From an uncultured Gemmatimonadales bacterium (GTDB lineage Bacteria; Gemmatimonadota; Gemmatimonadetes; Gemmatimonadales; GWC2-71-9): 64,000 bases of DNA. Positions within the stretch are counted from its first letter, which is position 1. The number at the start of each line of letters is the position of its first letter. A program made the translations under genes and the position numbers. Below, in pieces: positions 9,791 through 19,115 of the stretch. Location of the stretch: NCBI GenBank assembly GCA_963695555.1, contig CAVOGR010000002.1:192001-256000 (forward strand). Reading direction: 5' to 3'. The notes below the pieces were generated by a model. That model saw nothing but the letters and a program-made list of their open reading frames with translations. It made no database searches and was not told the origin of the DNA.

Positions 9791-10830
9791 CGGACGAGCT
9801 CGTAAGACTCATACAGGAATGGGACGGCCAGGGCGTCTACGTTAAGTACGACAAGCTGACCGGCGCTTGGTTTTTTATTGCGCTCCACGACCCGACCCTC
9901 GGCATCATGGCCGGGGGCTGTCGGATGAAGGAATACCCTACGCCCGCGGACGGTCTTCGGGACGCGATGCGTCTTGGCCGCGGCATGACCCACAAATGGG
10001 CGGCGATCGACTTCCACTACGGTGGCGGCAAGTCGGTCCTCGCGCTGTCGCGTCCCATCAAAGACAATGAACGGGAGGGCCTGCTCCGGCGCTTCGGTCG
10101 CATGCTCAAGTCCTTGAATGGAGCGTATACGACCGGCGTCGACCTCGGGGTGACCCCGGAGGATATGGCCATCCTTCGGGATGAAGGCCAGTATGTCTTC
10201 GGCGGCAAGGGCCATGAGGATCCCGGCCCGTATACCGCGCTCGGTGTGTTCTCCTGTATCAAGACAACAGCACGTCATGCATTTGGGACTATCGATCTCA
10301 CCGGCCGATCGGTGCTGATTCAGGGCGTCGGGGATGTCGGCGAACCCCTCGCAAAGATGTTGGCTGAGGCCGGTGCGACACTCATCCTCAGCGACCTCGA
10401 CCAGCAGCGAGCGGCGAGAGTCGCCAAGGAACTAGGTGGCACGACGGTCGATCCCGACAGCGTGTCCGACACCGCGTGCGATATTCTCGCGCCGTGCGCC
10501 ATCGGGGCCACACTCAACAAGCAGACTATTCCCCGCCTCAACTGCCGAGCGATTGCGGGATCAGCCAACAACCAACTCGAAGAGGACGCCGATGCCGAGC
10601 GGTTGCATGAGCGAGGCATTCTCTACGCCCCGGATTACATCGTGAATGCGGGCGGGGCCATGGCCTTCGCGCTCTTCCACGAGGGCAAGCTGACCGATGC
10701 GGAGGTGGAAGACCGTATTACCGGGATCGGAGATTCGCTCGACCGCATTCTTGGCGAGGCCAAGGAACGGAACGAGTCGCCGCTCAACGCCGCGATCAAG
10801 CGAGTAGAACAGGTGCTGGGGCATCATTGA
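9787..10830 (+). CDS. Glu/Leu/Phe/Val dehydrogenase (leucine dehydrogenase-like)
   Basis: GGCRM, GMTHK, GGGKSV, QGVGDVG, PCAIG, GSANNQL, YAPDYIVNAGG; ATGA overlap with upstream gene. Confidence 0.92.
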   Translation: MTDELVRLIQEWDGQGVYVKYDKLTGAWFFIALHDPTLGIMAGGCRMKEYPTPADGLRDAMRLGRGMTHKWAAIDFHYGGGKSVLALSRPIKDNEREGLLRRFGRMLKSLNGAYTTGVDLGVTPEDMAILRDEGQYVFGGKGHEDPGPYTALGVFSCIKTTARHAFGTIDLTGRSVLIQGVGDVGEPLAKMLAEAGATLILSDLDQQRAARVAKELGGTTVDPDSVSDTACDILAPCAIGATLNKQTIPRLNCRAIAGSANNQLEEDADAERLHERGILYAPDYIVNAGGAMAFALFHEGKLTDAEVEDRITGIGDSLDRILGEAKERNESPLNAAIKRVEQVLGHH

Positions 10831-10845
10831 CCAACCCGCGGGCTA

Positions 10846-10942
10846 GGCTATCGGCTATCGGCTATCGGCTATCGGCTATCGGCTATCGGCTATCGGCGCT
10901 ATCGGCTATCGGCTATCGGCTATCGGCTATCGGCTATCGGCT
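10846..10942. repeat. intergenic heptamer tandem repeat (GGCTATC) x13, one unit a 9-nt variant (GGCGCTATC)
   Basis: Counted directly: 7 perfect units, 1 variant (10895-10903), 5 perfect units, then a partial GGCT. Confidence 0.97.
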
Positions 10943-10995
10943 GCGAGCGATACTCGGCTGATTGATCGAATGCCATCCTACGGGAGTACCTACGT

Positions 10996-11559
10996 GTGAG
11001 ATTATTGATGATGGCTGCGTCTTTGCGACGGGGCTCGTACAACAAGAAGCTCGTCCGCCTAACCGCTGCCCTCGCGCGCGCCGAGGGCGTCGACGTCGAT
11101 GTGCCCGACTTCAATGAATTCCCCGTTCCGATGTATAACTTCGATGACGAAGATGGTACCGGTATTCCGGCTGGTGCCCAAGCCTTCGCCCAGCGCCTTG
11201 GCGAAGCAAGTGGCATAGTGATTTCATCGCCGGAGTACAACCACTCCCTCCCCGGCACGATCAAGAACTTGATCGATTGGGTGTCACGGATCCGCCCGCT
11301 TCCGTTCAAGAACAAACACGCCCTGCTCTTGTCGGCGTCCCCTTCGGTGGTCGGGGGAAACCGCGGACTCTGGGCGCTTCGCGTGCCCCTCGAAGCCATG
11401 GGCGTGTTGGTCTACCCGTCGATGTTCTCATTGGCCAAGGCAAACCAGGCGTTCGGAGACCACGGCGAACTCCTCGACCCCAAATTGGCGCAGCGACTCG
11501 AGGGCATCCTCGGCAGTTACCTGCGCATGGCGGGCGCCCTGGAAAACACGCACGCGTAA
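10996..11559 (+). CDS. NADPH-dependent FMN reductase (flavodoxin-like)
   Basis: SLRRGSYN, SPEYNHSLPGTIKNLIDWVSR, SASPSVVGG. Confidence 0.92.
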   Translation: MRLLMMAASLRRGSYNKKLVRLTAALARAEGVDVDVPDFNEFPVPMYNFDDEDGTGIPAGAQAFAQRLGEASGIVISSPEYNHSLPGTIKNLIDWVSRIRPLPFKNKHALLLSASPSVVGGNRGLWALRVPLEAMGVLVYPSMFSLAKANQAFGDHGELLDPKLAQRLEGILGSYLRMAGALENTHA

Positions 11560-11575
11560 ACTGGGAGGGCGTGAT

Positions 11576-12085
11576 ATGCCCATTGCACAATCCTTGCTGC
11601 CTGAATTCGATCAGGAAATGGCGGCGACGCGGAAGGTGCTCGAGCGGGTTCCTGAAGACAGGTTCGAATGGGCCCCGCACGAGAAATCGATGACGCTCCG
11701 CCAACTCGCGACCCATGTCGCGAACCTGGTGGGCTGGACCCAGCTGACGCTCGAGCAGAGCGAATTCGATGTGGCGCCGCCCGGAGGAGAGGCATTCACG
11801 CTCCCGGTGCTTGATTCGGTCTCGGAGTTGCTGGCGATGTTCGATCGCAATAGCACGTCGGCCCGCAAGGCCATTGCCGGCACAGGGGACGATGTCTTCA
11901 TGCAGTCGTGGACCCTCAAGAAGGGCGGCGAGGCCGTCTTTTCGGCCCCCAAGGGGGGAGTGCTCCGACGCTTTGTGATGAACCACCTGATCCATCATCG
12001 GGGCCAACTCACCGTCTACCTCCGCCTGCTCGGAGTCTCGGTACCGCAGACGATTGGGAACACGGCGGACGAGCCGGAGTTTTGA
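11576..12085 (+). CDS. DinB/YfiT family protein
   Basis: PHEKSMTLRQLATH..NHLIHHRGQLTVYLR His triad; GGAGG RBS. Confidence 0.9.
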   Translation: MPIAQSLLPEFDQEMAATRKVLERVPEDRFEWAPHEKSMTLRQLATHVANLVGWTQLTLEQSEFDVAPPGGEAFTLPVLDSVSELLAMFDRNSTSARKAIAGTGDDVFMQSWTLKKGGEAVFSAPKGGVLRRFVMNHLIHHRGQLTVYLRLLGVSVPQTIGNTADEPEF

Positions 12086-12137
12086 ACTAGGGAGGTAGGC
12101 GGTGGGACGTAGGAGCGTAGGACTGATAGATAGAATG

Positions 12138-12162
12138 GGTCGGCGGCATCCCACCGCCGACC
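12138..12162. terminator. hairpin between convergent DinB-family and arylesterase genes
   Basis: GGTCGGCGG-7nt-CCGCCGACC, perfect 9-bp stem. Confidence 0.55.
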
Positions 12163-12171
12163 TCCTATTTC

Positions 12172-12870
12172 CTACCTCATCCTTCCTACCGCCTGCTCCT
12201 CCAGCATCGGCTCGAGCACGCGCCACACGGTCTCGGCCATGAGCGCCTGGCCCCGCGGTGTCGGGTGGATGCCGTCCGCTTGGTTCAGGGAATCGACGCC
12301 CGCCACACCCTCGAGCAGGAAGGGCACCAATCGGGCCTGGTTCTCCTGAGCCACGTCCCGGTAGACGGCGCGGAAGCTCCGGGTGTAGGCAGGTCCAAGA
12401 TTGGGCGGGGCTTCCATGCCCAAGATGAGCAGTGCGGGTGGCGGCTCCTGACGGCGTGCGCGGTCGATCACGGCCTGCAAGTTGGCCTTGAGCTGCGCCG
12501 GATCCTGACCGCGCAATCCATCGTTGGCCCCGGTCTCGATGACCAAGAGCGCCACCGGCTGCCGGAACAGCCAATCCACACGCCGCAGGGCTCCGGCGGA
12601 CGTCTCACCGCTCAGACCGGCGTTCACCACTCGATACTCCAACCCGGCCGAGTCTATCTTGCGTTGCAGGAAGGCTGGATACGCCTGGCTTTGGTCCAGC
12701 CCGTACCCAGCCGTGAGGCTCGTCCCCATGAATACGATCGCCGGACGATCGGCGTCGGACGCTGTCGCCACTTCGGCGACGACCGGCCGGGTACGATTCG
12801 ATTGCTCCCCGGAGCAGCTGAGGGCCGCAGTTGCAACTATCAAGAACCCGATCGCGTAAAGCCGACTCAC
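12172..12870 (-). CDS. tesA: SGNH/GDSL arylesterase / acyl-CoA thioesterase I, probable lipoprotein
   Basis: GTSLTAGYG, NAGLSGETS, GANDGLRG, DGIHP; lipobox-like ALSC; divergent from ybbAP as in E. coli; GTG start at 12870 inferred. Confidence 0.88.
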   Translation of the reverse strand: MSRLYAIGFLIVATAALSCSGEQSNRTRPVVAEVATASDADRPAIVFMGTSLTAGYGLDQSQAYPAFLQRKIDSAGLEYRVVNAGLSGETSAGALRRVDWLFRQPVALLVIETGANDGLRGQDPAQLKANLQAVIDRARRQEPPPALLILGMEAPPNLGPAYTRSFRAVYRDVAQENQARLVPFLLEGVAGVDSLNQADGIHPTPRGQALMAETVWRVLEPMLEEQAVGRMR

Positions 12871-12896
12871 ACTTTGATCCCTGTTTGGAGTGTACT

Positions 12897-13565
12897 GTGC
12901 TACGTTGTGAATCACTGACCCAGACCTACCTATCCGGTGGCAAGCCGCTCACCGTGCTCAAAGATATCACGCTCACCGTGGCCGGCGGCGAACGCCTTGC
13001 GGTGGTCGGCCCATCCGGCAGTGGGAAGTCGACCCTGCTCGGCCTGCTGGCCGGACTCGACCAGCCCACCACCGGCTCGGTGTACCTCGATGGCCAGCAC
13101 ATGGCTGCACTCTCGGAGGACCAGCGGGCCCGACTTCGCGGCGAGAAGGTCGGGTTCGTCTTTCAGACCTTCCAGCTCATTCCCACCTTGACCGCGAAGG
13201 AAAACGTCCAGGTGCCGCTCGAGCTCCGTGGGCTGCCGTCCGTCGCGCGAGCCCATGATCTGCTGGCACGGGTCGGCCTGGCGGATCGGATGGATCACTA
13301 CCCGAGCCAACTCTCGGGCGGGGAGCAGCAGCGGGTTGCCTTGGCTCGTGCCTTCAGCAACCATCCCAAGATTCTCTTCGCCGACGAACCGACGGGCAAC
13401 CTCGACGCCTCGACCGGTGCCACGGTCATCGACCTCATGATGGAGCTCAATCAGGAATCGGGCACCACCCTGATCCTCGTGACCCACGACCCGGATCTGG
13501 CCAACCGCGCGCGCCGTACGATCCGACTGCGTGATGGATCAGTAGTTTCGGACAGCGACGCATGA
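12897..13565 (+). CDS. ybbA: ABC transporter ATP-binding protein (YbbA/LolD-like)
   Basis: Walker [31 protein letters not shown]. Confidence 0.92.
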   Translation: MLRCESLTQTYLSGGKPLTVLKDITLTVAGGERLAVVGPSGSGKSTLLGLLAGLDQPTTGSVYLDGQHMAALSEDQRARLRGEKVGFVFQTFQLIPTLTAKENVQVPLELRGLPSVARAHDLLARVGLADRMDHYPSQLSGGEQQRVALARAFSNHPKILFADEPTGNLDASTGATVIDLMMELNQESGTTLILVTHDPDLANRARRTIRLRDGSVVSDSDA

Positions 13566-16168
13566 GAGCTTGGCCGTTCGCCCTGCGAATGGGATGGCGT
13601 GAAAGCCGGGCATCACGCCGGCGCCTGGTGGTACTCATGGGCGCGATCGGCATCGGCGTGGGGGCCCTCGTGGCCATCAACGGGTTCACTGCGAACATGG
13701 CGGACTCGGTGGAACGTGAGGCGCAGGCGCTCTTGGGTGCCGATCTCTCGTTCGTCAGCCGGCGTCCGTTCACCCCGAGGGTCGAAAACCTCATCGACAG
13801 CCTCACCCGCCATGCCGCAACCATCGCGGGCTGCGACTCGGCGCCGTGTGCGTTGCCGGCCGACCGGCGGGTGGCCCGAACGACCGAATTCGACGCGATG
13901 GCCTATGTGCCCCGCACCAGCGGCACACGTTTGGTGCAGGTTTCCGCCATCGACGGCGCATTCCCATACTACGGAACAGTAGAGACCAACCCGGCTGCAG
14001 CCTGGCGTGACTTGCAACTGGGGCAGGACGCCATCGTCGATCCCTCGCTCTTGAGCGCTTTGGGTGCGAGCATCGGCGACACACTCGCGCTCGGAGAGGC
14101 GCGGTTTCGTATCACGGGAACCATCATCCATATCCCGGGCGATGTGGGGATCCAGAGCGCCTTTGGGCCGCGGGTGTTCGTTCCCGCACGGTACATCGCA
14201 GACACCAAACTCCTCGGCTTCGGCGCCCGCGTGCGATATGAGGCGTTCCTCAAGCTGGAAGCAGGAATGGACCCCGACCAAATCGCCTCGGGCTACCGGA
14301 CTCCCTTTCGCCAGGAGCGGGTTCGGATTCGAACCGTGCAGTCGGAACGGGAACGACTCAATCGGACGCTGACACAGTTCGGCCGCTTCCTCGGCCTGGT
14401 GGCCTTGATGGCACTCTTGCTGGGTGGGCTGGGAGTGGCCAGCGCGGTTCACGTGTTCGTCAAGCAGAAACGCGAGACCATTGCGGTGCTCCGGTGCCTG
14501 GGAGCGACCGCCGGCACGGTGTTCCGCACCTACCTCGGCCAAGCCCTGGCGATTGGCTTTTTCGGGAGCCTATTCGGAGTCGGTCTCGGTATCGCAGTCC
14601 AGTTGCTGCTGCCCGCCGTGCTCCGTGATGTGCTTCCGGTCGATGTGCGTGTACGTCCATCCGGGTCGGCGATCGCCCTGGGAATGCTGACCGGGGTCTG
14701 GGTCGCCTCGATCTTTGCCCTCCTGCCGCTGCTCAAGGTTCGCCTCATCTCACCACTGGGCGCCCTTCGAGAGCCGTTCGAGACCGGTACCTCGACACCG
14801 CGCGATCGCATTCGCTGGGTAGCCGCCGCCGGACTGAGCGTGAGCGTGGTGCTCCTCGCCGTCATGCAAGCCGGCAGCTGGCTCCAGGGCCTCGCCTTTG
14901 CCGGCAGCATCGGCCTGGGACTGCTCATTCTCTGGGCTGCCGCCGTGGGACTCACCAAGGCCGTGCGACGGTGGCTCCCGGCCCGTTCGCCCTACGTAAT
15001 GCGGCAGGGTCTGGCCAATCTGTTTCGTCCGGCAAATCAGACGGTAGCGATCATCCTGGCCCTCGGCTTCGGCGCGTTTCTCCTGAGTACGTTGGTCCTC
15101 GTCCAGCAGAACTTCCTTCGCCAACTGCGGATCGATTCGGTCGAGAACCGTCCGAACCTGCTGATTTTCGATGTACAACCCGACCAACTCGGCCCACTAC
15201 AGGACGAAGTCAAGGCCGCGGGCCTCCCGCTCGGGCCGGCGGTCCCGCTGGTTCCCATGCGCATCGAGTCGGTCAAGGGCGCGCCGGTCCTCCGAAGCTC
15301 CACCGAATCGGAAGAAGGTGATTCCGCGGCGAGCTCGACCTGGGCCCATCGCCGGGAGTATCGGTCCACCTACCGCGACACCATGGTCAATTCCGAGCGG
15401 TTGGTCGCGGGCGAGTGGTGGCCTCCGACCACCACCCTGAAACCAGGCGACCCGGTGCCGGTTTCGCTCGAACGCGACGTCGCCGAGGTGCTGGGAGTCG
15501 GGGTCGGCGACGAAATCGTGTGGGATGTCCAGGGCGTGCCACTCCGGTCGATCGTCACCAGCATCCGTGAAGTCGACTGGGCACAGTTCCAGACGAATTT
15601 CTTTGCCGTCTTCGCGCCCGGTGCGCTCGAGCAGGCTCCACAAATGTTCGTGACCCAAACCCGGGCCGACGATCCGGTTAGCCGGGGAACATTCCAGCGC
15701 CGCCTCGCGGAGCGCTTTCCCAATGTCAGTTCGATCGATCTCATGGCCGTCCAACAGGCGCTCGACCGGATCATTGGGCGGGTCGTGGCGGCGGTTCGAT
15801 TCGTGGCGATCTTCAGTTTGGTTACGGGTATCATGGTGCTCATCGGTGCCCTGGCCACCAGCCGCTTCCAGCGAGTCCGTGAGGGGGTGTTGCTGAAGAC
15901 CCTGGGCGCGACGCAACGCCAAGTAATGCGCGTTGCCCTCACCGAGTACGCCGCGTTGGGCTTGTTAGCTGCGACCGTTGCCATCGTCCTCTCGATTGCG
16001 GCGGGATGGGGCCTCGTCACCTTCGTCTTCGAGTCCGATTTCGCTCTGCCCATCGGCCGGCTCGCCGCACTCGCGGCCGGGATGGCGCTTCTGACGATGG
16101 GGGTCGGGGTGTGGAATAGCCGGGCTATCTTCCGCGCAACCCCGCTCGCGGTACTGCGGGCCGAGTAG
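13562..16168 (+). CDS. ybbP: FtsX/MacB-type ABC permease (YbbP-like)
   Basis: 868 aa with duplicated FtsX halves (IAVLRCLGA; LLKTLGA); ATGA overlap with the ATPase. Confidence 0.88.
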   Translation: MRAWPFALRMGWRESRASRRRLVVLMGAIGIGVGALVAINGFTANMADSVEREAQALLGADLSFVSRRPFTPRVENLIDSLTRHAATIAGCDSAPCALPADRRVARTTEFDAMAYVPRTSGTRLVQVSAIDGAFPYYGTVETNPAAAWRDLQLGQDAIVDPSLLSALGASIGDTLALGEARFRITGTIIHIPGDVGIQSAFGPRVFVPARYIADTKLLGFGARVRYEAFLKLEAGMDPDQIASGYRTPFRQERVRIRTVQSERERLNRTLTQFGRFLGLVALMALLLGGLGVASAVHVFVKQKRETIAVLRCLGATAGTVFRTYLGQALAIGFFGSLFGVGLGIAVQLLLPAVLRDVLPVDVRVRPSGSAIALGMLTGVWVASIFALLPLLKVRLISPLGALREPFETGTSTPRDRIRWVAAAGLSVSVVLLAVMQAGSWLQGLAFAGSIGLGLLILWAAAVGLTKAVRRWLPARSPYVMRQGLANLFRPANQTVAIILALGFGAFLLSTLVLVQQNFLRQLRIDSVENRPNLLIFDVQPDQLGPLQDEVKAAGLPLGPAVPLVPMRIESVKGAPVLRSSTESEEGDSAASSTWAHRREYRSTYRDTMVNSERLVAGEWWPPTTTLKPGDPVPVSLERDVAEVLGVGVGDEIVWDVQGVPLRSIVTSIREVDWAQFQTNFFAVFAPGALEQAPQMFVTQTRADDPVSRGTFQRRLAERFPNVSSIDLMAVQQALDRIIGRVVAAVRFVAIFSLVTGIMVLIGALATSRFQRVREGVLLKTLGATQRQVMRVALTEYAALGLLAATVAIVLSIAAGWGLVTFVFESDFALPIGRLAALAAGMALLTMGVGVWNSRAIFRATPLAVLRAE

Positions 16169-16252
16169 ACAAATCGACGAATAGTGCGGACTGGGCACCC
16201 CGGCGATACATTATTCCTCCACCTCGACCCACTGGACGAGAGGATTCCTGGT

Positions 16253-17164
16253 ATGCTGTCTATCGATCTCACGGGCAAACGGGCCTTCGTCGCCGGCGTG
16301 GCTGACGACGGCGGCTTCGGTTTCGCCATCGCCAAACAACTCGCCGAAGCCGGCGCCAGCATCTGCGTGGGCACCTGGCCGCCAGCCCTCGGCATTTTCC
16401 AGAAGCTGCTCGAGCGCGGCAAGATGGAGGACTCGCTCAAGCTCAAGAGCGGTGGGATGCTCGAGTTCGAACGCATCTATCCTCTCGATGCGGCGTTCGA
16501 CACTCTCGACGATGCACCTGAAGACGTCCGGACGAACAAACGGTACAAAGAGACCGGGGACTTCAGCATCGCCGGCGTGGCGGCACGATTCCGAGAGGAC
16601 TTCGGCCAGAACCCGGTGGACATCGTGGTGCACAGCCTGGCCAACGCGCCGGAAGTGAAGTCCCCGCTCATCGACACGAGCCGCCGTGGATACCTGGCCG
16701 CACTGGGAACGAGTGCCTATAGCAATGTCTCCCTGGTCAGGACCTTTGCCCCGATGATGCGACCGGGTGGTGCCTTCGTCTCGCTGACCTACATGGCCAG
16801 CGAACGAGTGATCCCCGGATACGGAGGTGGGATGTCGTCCGCCAAGGCGGCGCTCGAAGCCGACACCCGCACCTTGGCCTACGAAGCCGGACGGCGTTAC
16901 GGTGTCCGGGTCAATACCATCTCGGCTGGGCCGTTTGCCTCACGCGCGGCATCGGCCATCGGATTCGTTCAACTCATGATCGATTACTACGAGGCCAATG
17001 CACCGCTGACTCGGCATCTCCAGGCTGACGACGTCGGAAACGCCGCCGTCTTCTTGACCAGCCCACTAGCCCAGGCGATCACGGGTACAGTGCTCTACGT
17101 GGACAATGGATACCACGCCATGGGCATGGCCGTGGCACTCGGGAACCAGGAACACACGTCATGA
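16253..17164 (+). CDS. fabI: enoyl-ACP reductase, Chlamydia/plastid-like FabI
   Basis: [42 protein letters not shown] (Y-x7-K), NTISAGP. Confidence 0.9.
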   Translation: MLSIDLTGKRAFVAGVADDGGFGFAIAKQLAEAGASICVGTWPPALGIFQKLLERGKMEDSLKLKSGGMLEFERIYPLDAAFDTLDDAPEDVRTNKRYKETGDFSIAGVAARFREDFGQNPVDIVVHSLANAPEVKSPLIDTSRRGYLAALGTSAYSNVSLVRTFAPMMRPGGAFVSLTYMASERVIPGYGGGMSSAKAALEADTRTLAYEAGRRYGVRVNTISAGPFASRAASAIGFVQLMIDYYEANAPLTRHLQADDVGNAAVFLTSPLAQAITGTVLYVDNGYHAMGMAVALGNQEHTS

Positions 17165-17979
17165 CCAATGCAACACCGTCGATCTTCCGAAGGGACTTGC
17201 TCGGCGGAAAGGTCGCGTTGGTCACCGGAGGCGGCACCGGCATCGGGTACGGCATCTCCAACTGTCTTGCCGCGGCCGGAGCAGATGTGATCATCTCGAG
17301 CCGGAAGCCCGAGCACCTCGCACCGGCGGAGGAGTCACTGCGGCAACATGGCAGGCGGGTCAAGGCAATCGAAGGGAATGTTCGCGATCCGGATTCGATT
17401 GGCCGCCTGATGGAGCAGGCAGTCGCGGCATTCGGCACGATCGACATCCTGGTCAACAACGCCGCCGGCAACTTTTACGCGCCATCCGCCTCGCTCAGCC
17501 CGAATGGCTGGAAGGCCGTGATCGAGACCGATCTCTACGGCACGTTCTATTGCTCCCAAGCCGCGTACCCCATCATGAAGGACGCGGGCGGCGGCCGGAT
17601 CGTGTCGATCTCGATGACGCTGCACTACCGTGGCTGGCCGCTCATGGCTCATGCCACGGCAGCCAAGGCCGGGGTAGATGCGCTGACCCGCACACTGGCG
17701 GTGGAGTGGGCACGCGACGGGATCACGGTCAACGCCATCGCTCCGGGACCGATCCCGACGGAAGGGGTCCGCAAGGCCTTTACCCCCCCCAACCAGGATG
17801 CGCCCGACGTCTTCCGGATGGAGGAACACATGAAGCGTGCCATTCCACTCGGGCGGTGGGGAACACCGGAAGACATCGGCCAGATGGTAACGTACCTGGC
17901 GAGCCCGGCCGGGGAGTGGATTACCGGATCGATCTTCGTGGTCGACGGCGGCTCATGGCTTGCCGGCGGACGAGACTGA
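17161..17979 (+). CDS. SDR oxidoreductase, 2,4-dienoyl-CoA reductase-like
   Basis: [25 protein letters not shown], HxxxAKAG in place of YxxxK, LAVEW, IAPGPI. Confidence 0.85.
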   Translation: MTNATPSIFRRDLLGGKVALVTGGGTGIGYGISNCLAAAGADVIISSRKPEHLAPAEESLRQHGRRVKAIEGNVRDPDSIGRLMEQAVAAFGTIDILVNNAAGNFYAPSASLSPNGWKAVIETDLYGTFYCSQAAYPIMKDAGGGRIVSISMTLHYRGWPLMAHATAAKAGVDALTRTLAVEWARDGITVNAIAPGPIPTEGVRKAFTPPNQDAPDVFRMEEHMKRAIPLGRWGTPEDIGQMVTYLASPAGEWITGSIFVVDGGSWLAGGRD

Positions 17980-17998
17980 CTCTCAGCGAGGAGCCCGA

Positions 17999-18664
17999 AT
18001 GTTCATCGGACACTACGGGGTAGCGCTCGCGCTCAAGCGAGCCGAGCCCAAGGTTTCCCTCGGAACGCTCTTCTTCGTGACCCAGTTCGTTGATGTCTTG
18101 TGGGGAGTGTTCCTACTGCTCGGCTGGGAGCGAGCCAGAATCGAGCCCGGTATCACCGAGGCAACGCCGATCAACTTCCTGTCGTACCCGCTCTCGCACA
18201 GCCTCCTCTCCGCCATCGTCTGGGCGGCCGTTGCCGCTGCCGTCTACTACTCCTGGCCCACCCGGGACACCGCCCGGCATGGCCGCGCTACCGTCGTCGT
18301 CGCCATCGCCGCAGCCTCGCATTGGTTGCTCGACGTGATCGTCCACCGTCCCGATCTTCCGTTGGCAGGGCCTCAGTCGACCAAGGTCGGGTTGGGCCTG
18401 TGGGACAGTCTTGCGGGCACCATCGCCGTGGAACTCCTCATCTTGGCGGTGGGGCTCGCGCTCTACCTGACCATATCCGTCAAGCGCCATCGGCCACGCC
18501 GAGGCCGTGTCGCCGTGCTCATGGTCGTCCTCCTCGGGCTTGCGGCCGCCAGCTATTTCGGCCCCTTGCCGGAGAACATGACCGTGGTCGCCGTGGGAGC
18601 CCTGGTCATGTATCTCGGTCTCACCGCTCTCGCGGCGTGGGCCGATCGCCGCCGCCAAGTGTAG
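17999..18664 (+). CDS. membrane protein, metal-dependent hydrolase-like
   Basis: MFIGH, YPLSHSL, SHWLLDVIVHRPDLP, GLGLW; multiple TM segments. Confidence 0.75.
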   Translation: MFIGHYGVALALKRAEPKVSLGTLFFVTQFVDVLWGVFLLLGWERARIEPGITEATPINFLSYPLSHSLLSAIVWAAVAAAVYYSWPTRDTARHGRATVVVAIAAASHWLLDVIVHRPDLPLAGPQSTKVGLGLWDSLAGTIAVELLILAVGLALYLTISVKRHRPRRGRVAVLMVVLLGLAAASYFGPLPENMTVVAVGALVMYLGLTALAAWADRRRQV

Positions 18665-18670
18665 CGACGC

Positions 18671-19042
18671 ATGCATCGTCTCTTCACGATTCTCGGTGCC
18701 GGCTCGGCGTTTATCGCCGTAGCGGCCGGAGCGTTCGGAGCCCATTCCCTCAAGGGGCGACTGTCGGCGGAGGCTCTGGCCACCTTCGAGACCGCGGCCA
18801 AGTATGAGATGTATCACGCGTTGGCGCTCCTGGCGGTGGCCTGGGCCGTGACCAAGTGGCCGGGAGCGCTCACGCATTGGGCCGGCTGGTTGTTTGTCCT
18901 CGGGACGGTGCTGTTCTCGGGCAGCCTCTACGCCCTGGCCCTAAGCGGCACGCGCTGGCTCGGCGCGATCACCCCGGTCGGCGGGGTCGCGTTCCTGGCG
19001 GGGTGGGTCTGCCTTGGGCTGGCGGCGATTCGCGCGGGGTAG
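18671..19042 (+). CDS. DUF423 (YgdD/TMEM256) membrane protein
   Basis: GAFGAH, YEMYHALAL, LFSGSLY, GAITPVGG. Confidence 0.93.
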   Translation: MHRLFTILGAGSAFIAVAAGAFGAHSLKGRLSAEALATFETAAKYEMYHALALLAVAWAVTKWPGALTHWAGWLFVLGTVLFSGSLYALALSGTRWLGAITPVGGVAFLAGWVCLGLAAIRAG

Positions 19043-19058
19043 GCATCACCAGCACGAC

Positions 19059-19093
19059 GAAGGGGGCGTCACGCGATTGGTGACGCCCCCTTC
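19059..19093. terminator. hairpin terminator between convergent DUF423 and OmpA genes
   Basis: GAAGGGGGCGTCAC-7nt-GTGACGCCCCCTTC, perfect 14-bp stem. Confidence 0.8.
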
Positions 19094-19115
19094 CCACCTT
19101 CGACTACGACTCCAC

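Noticed and set aside
10846..10942. Repeat array as a CRISPR
   Set aside because: 7-nt units without spacers; no cas genes in the window
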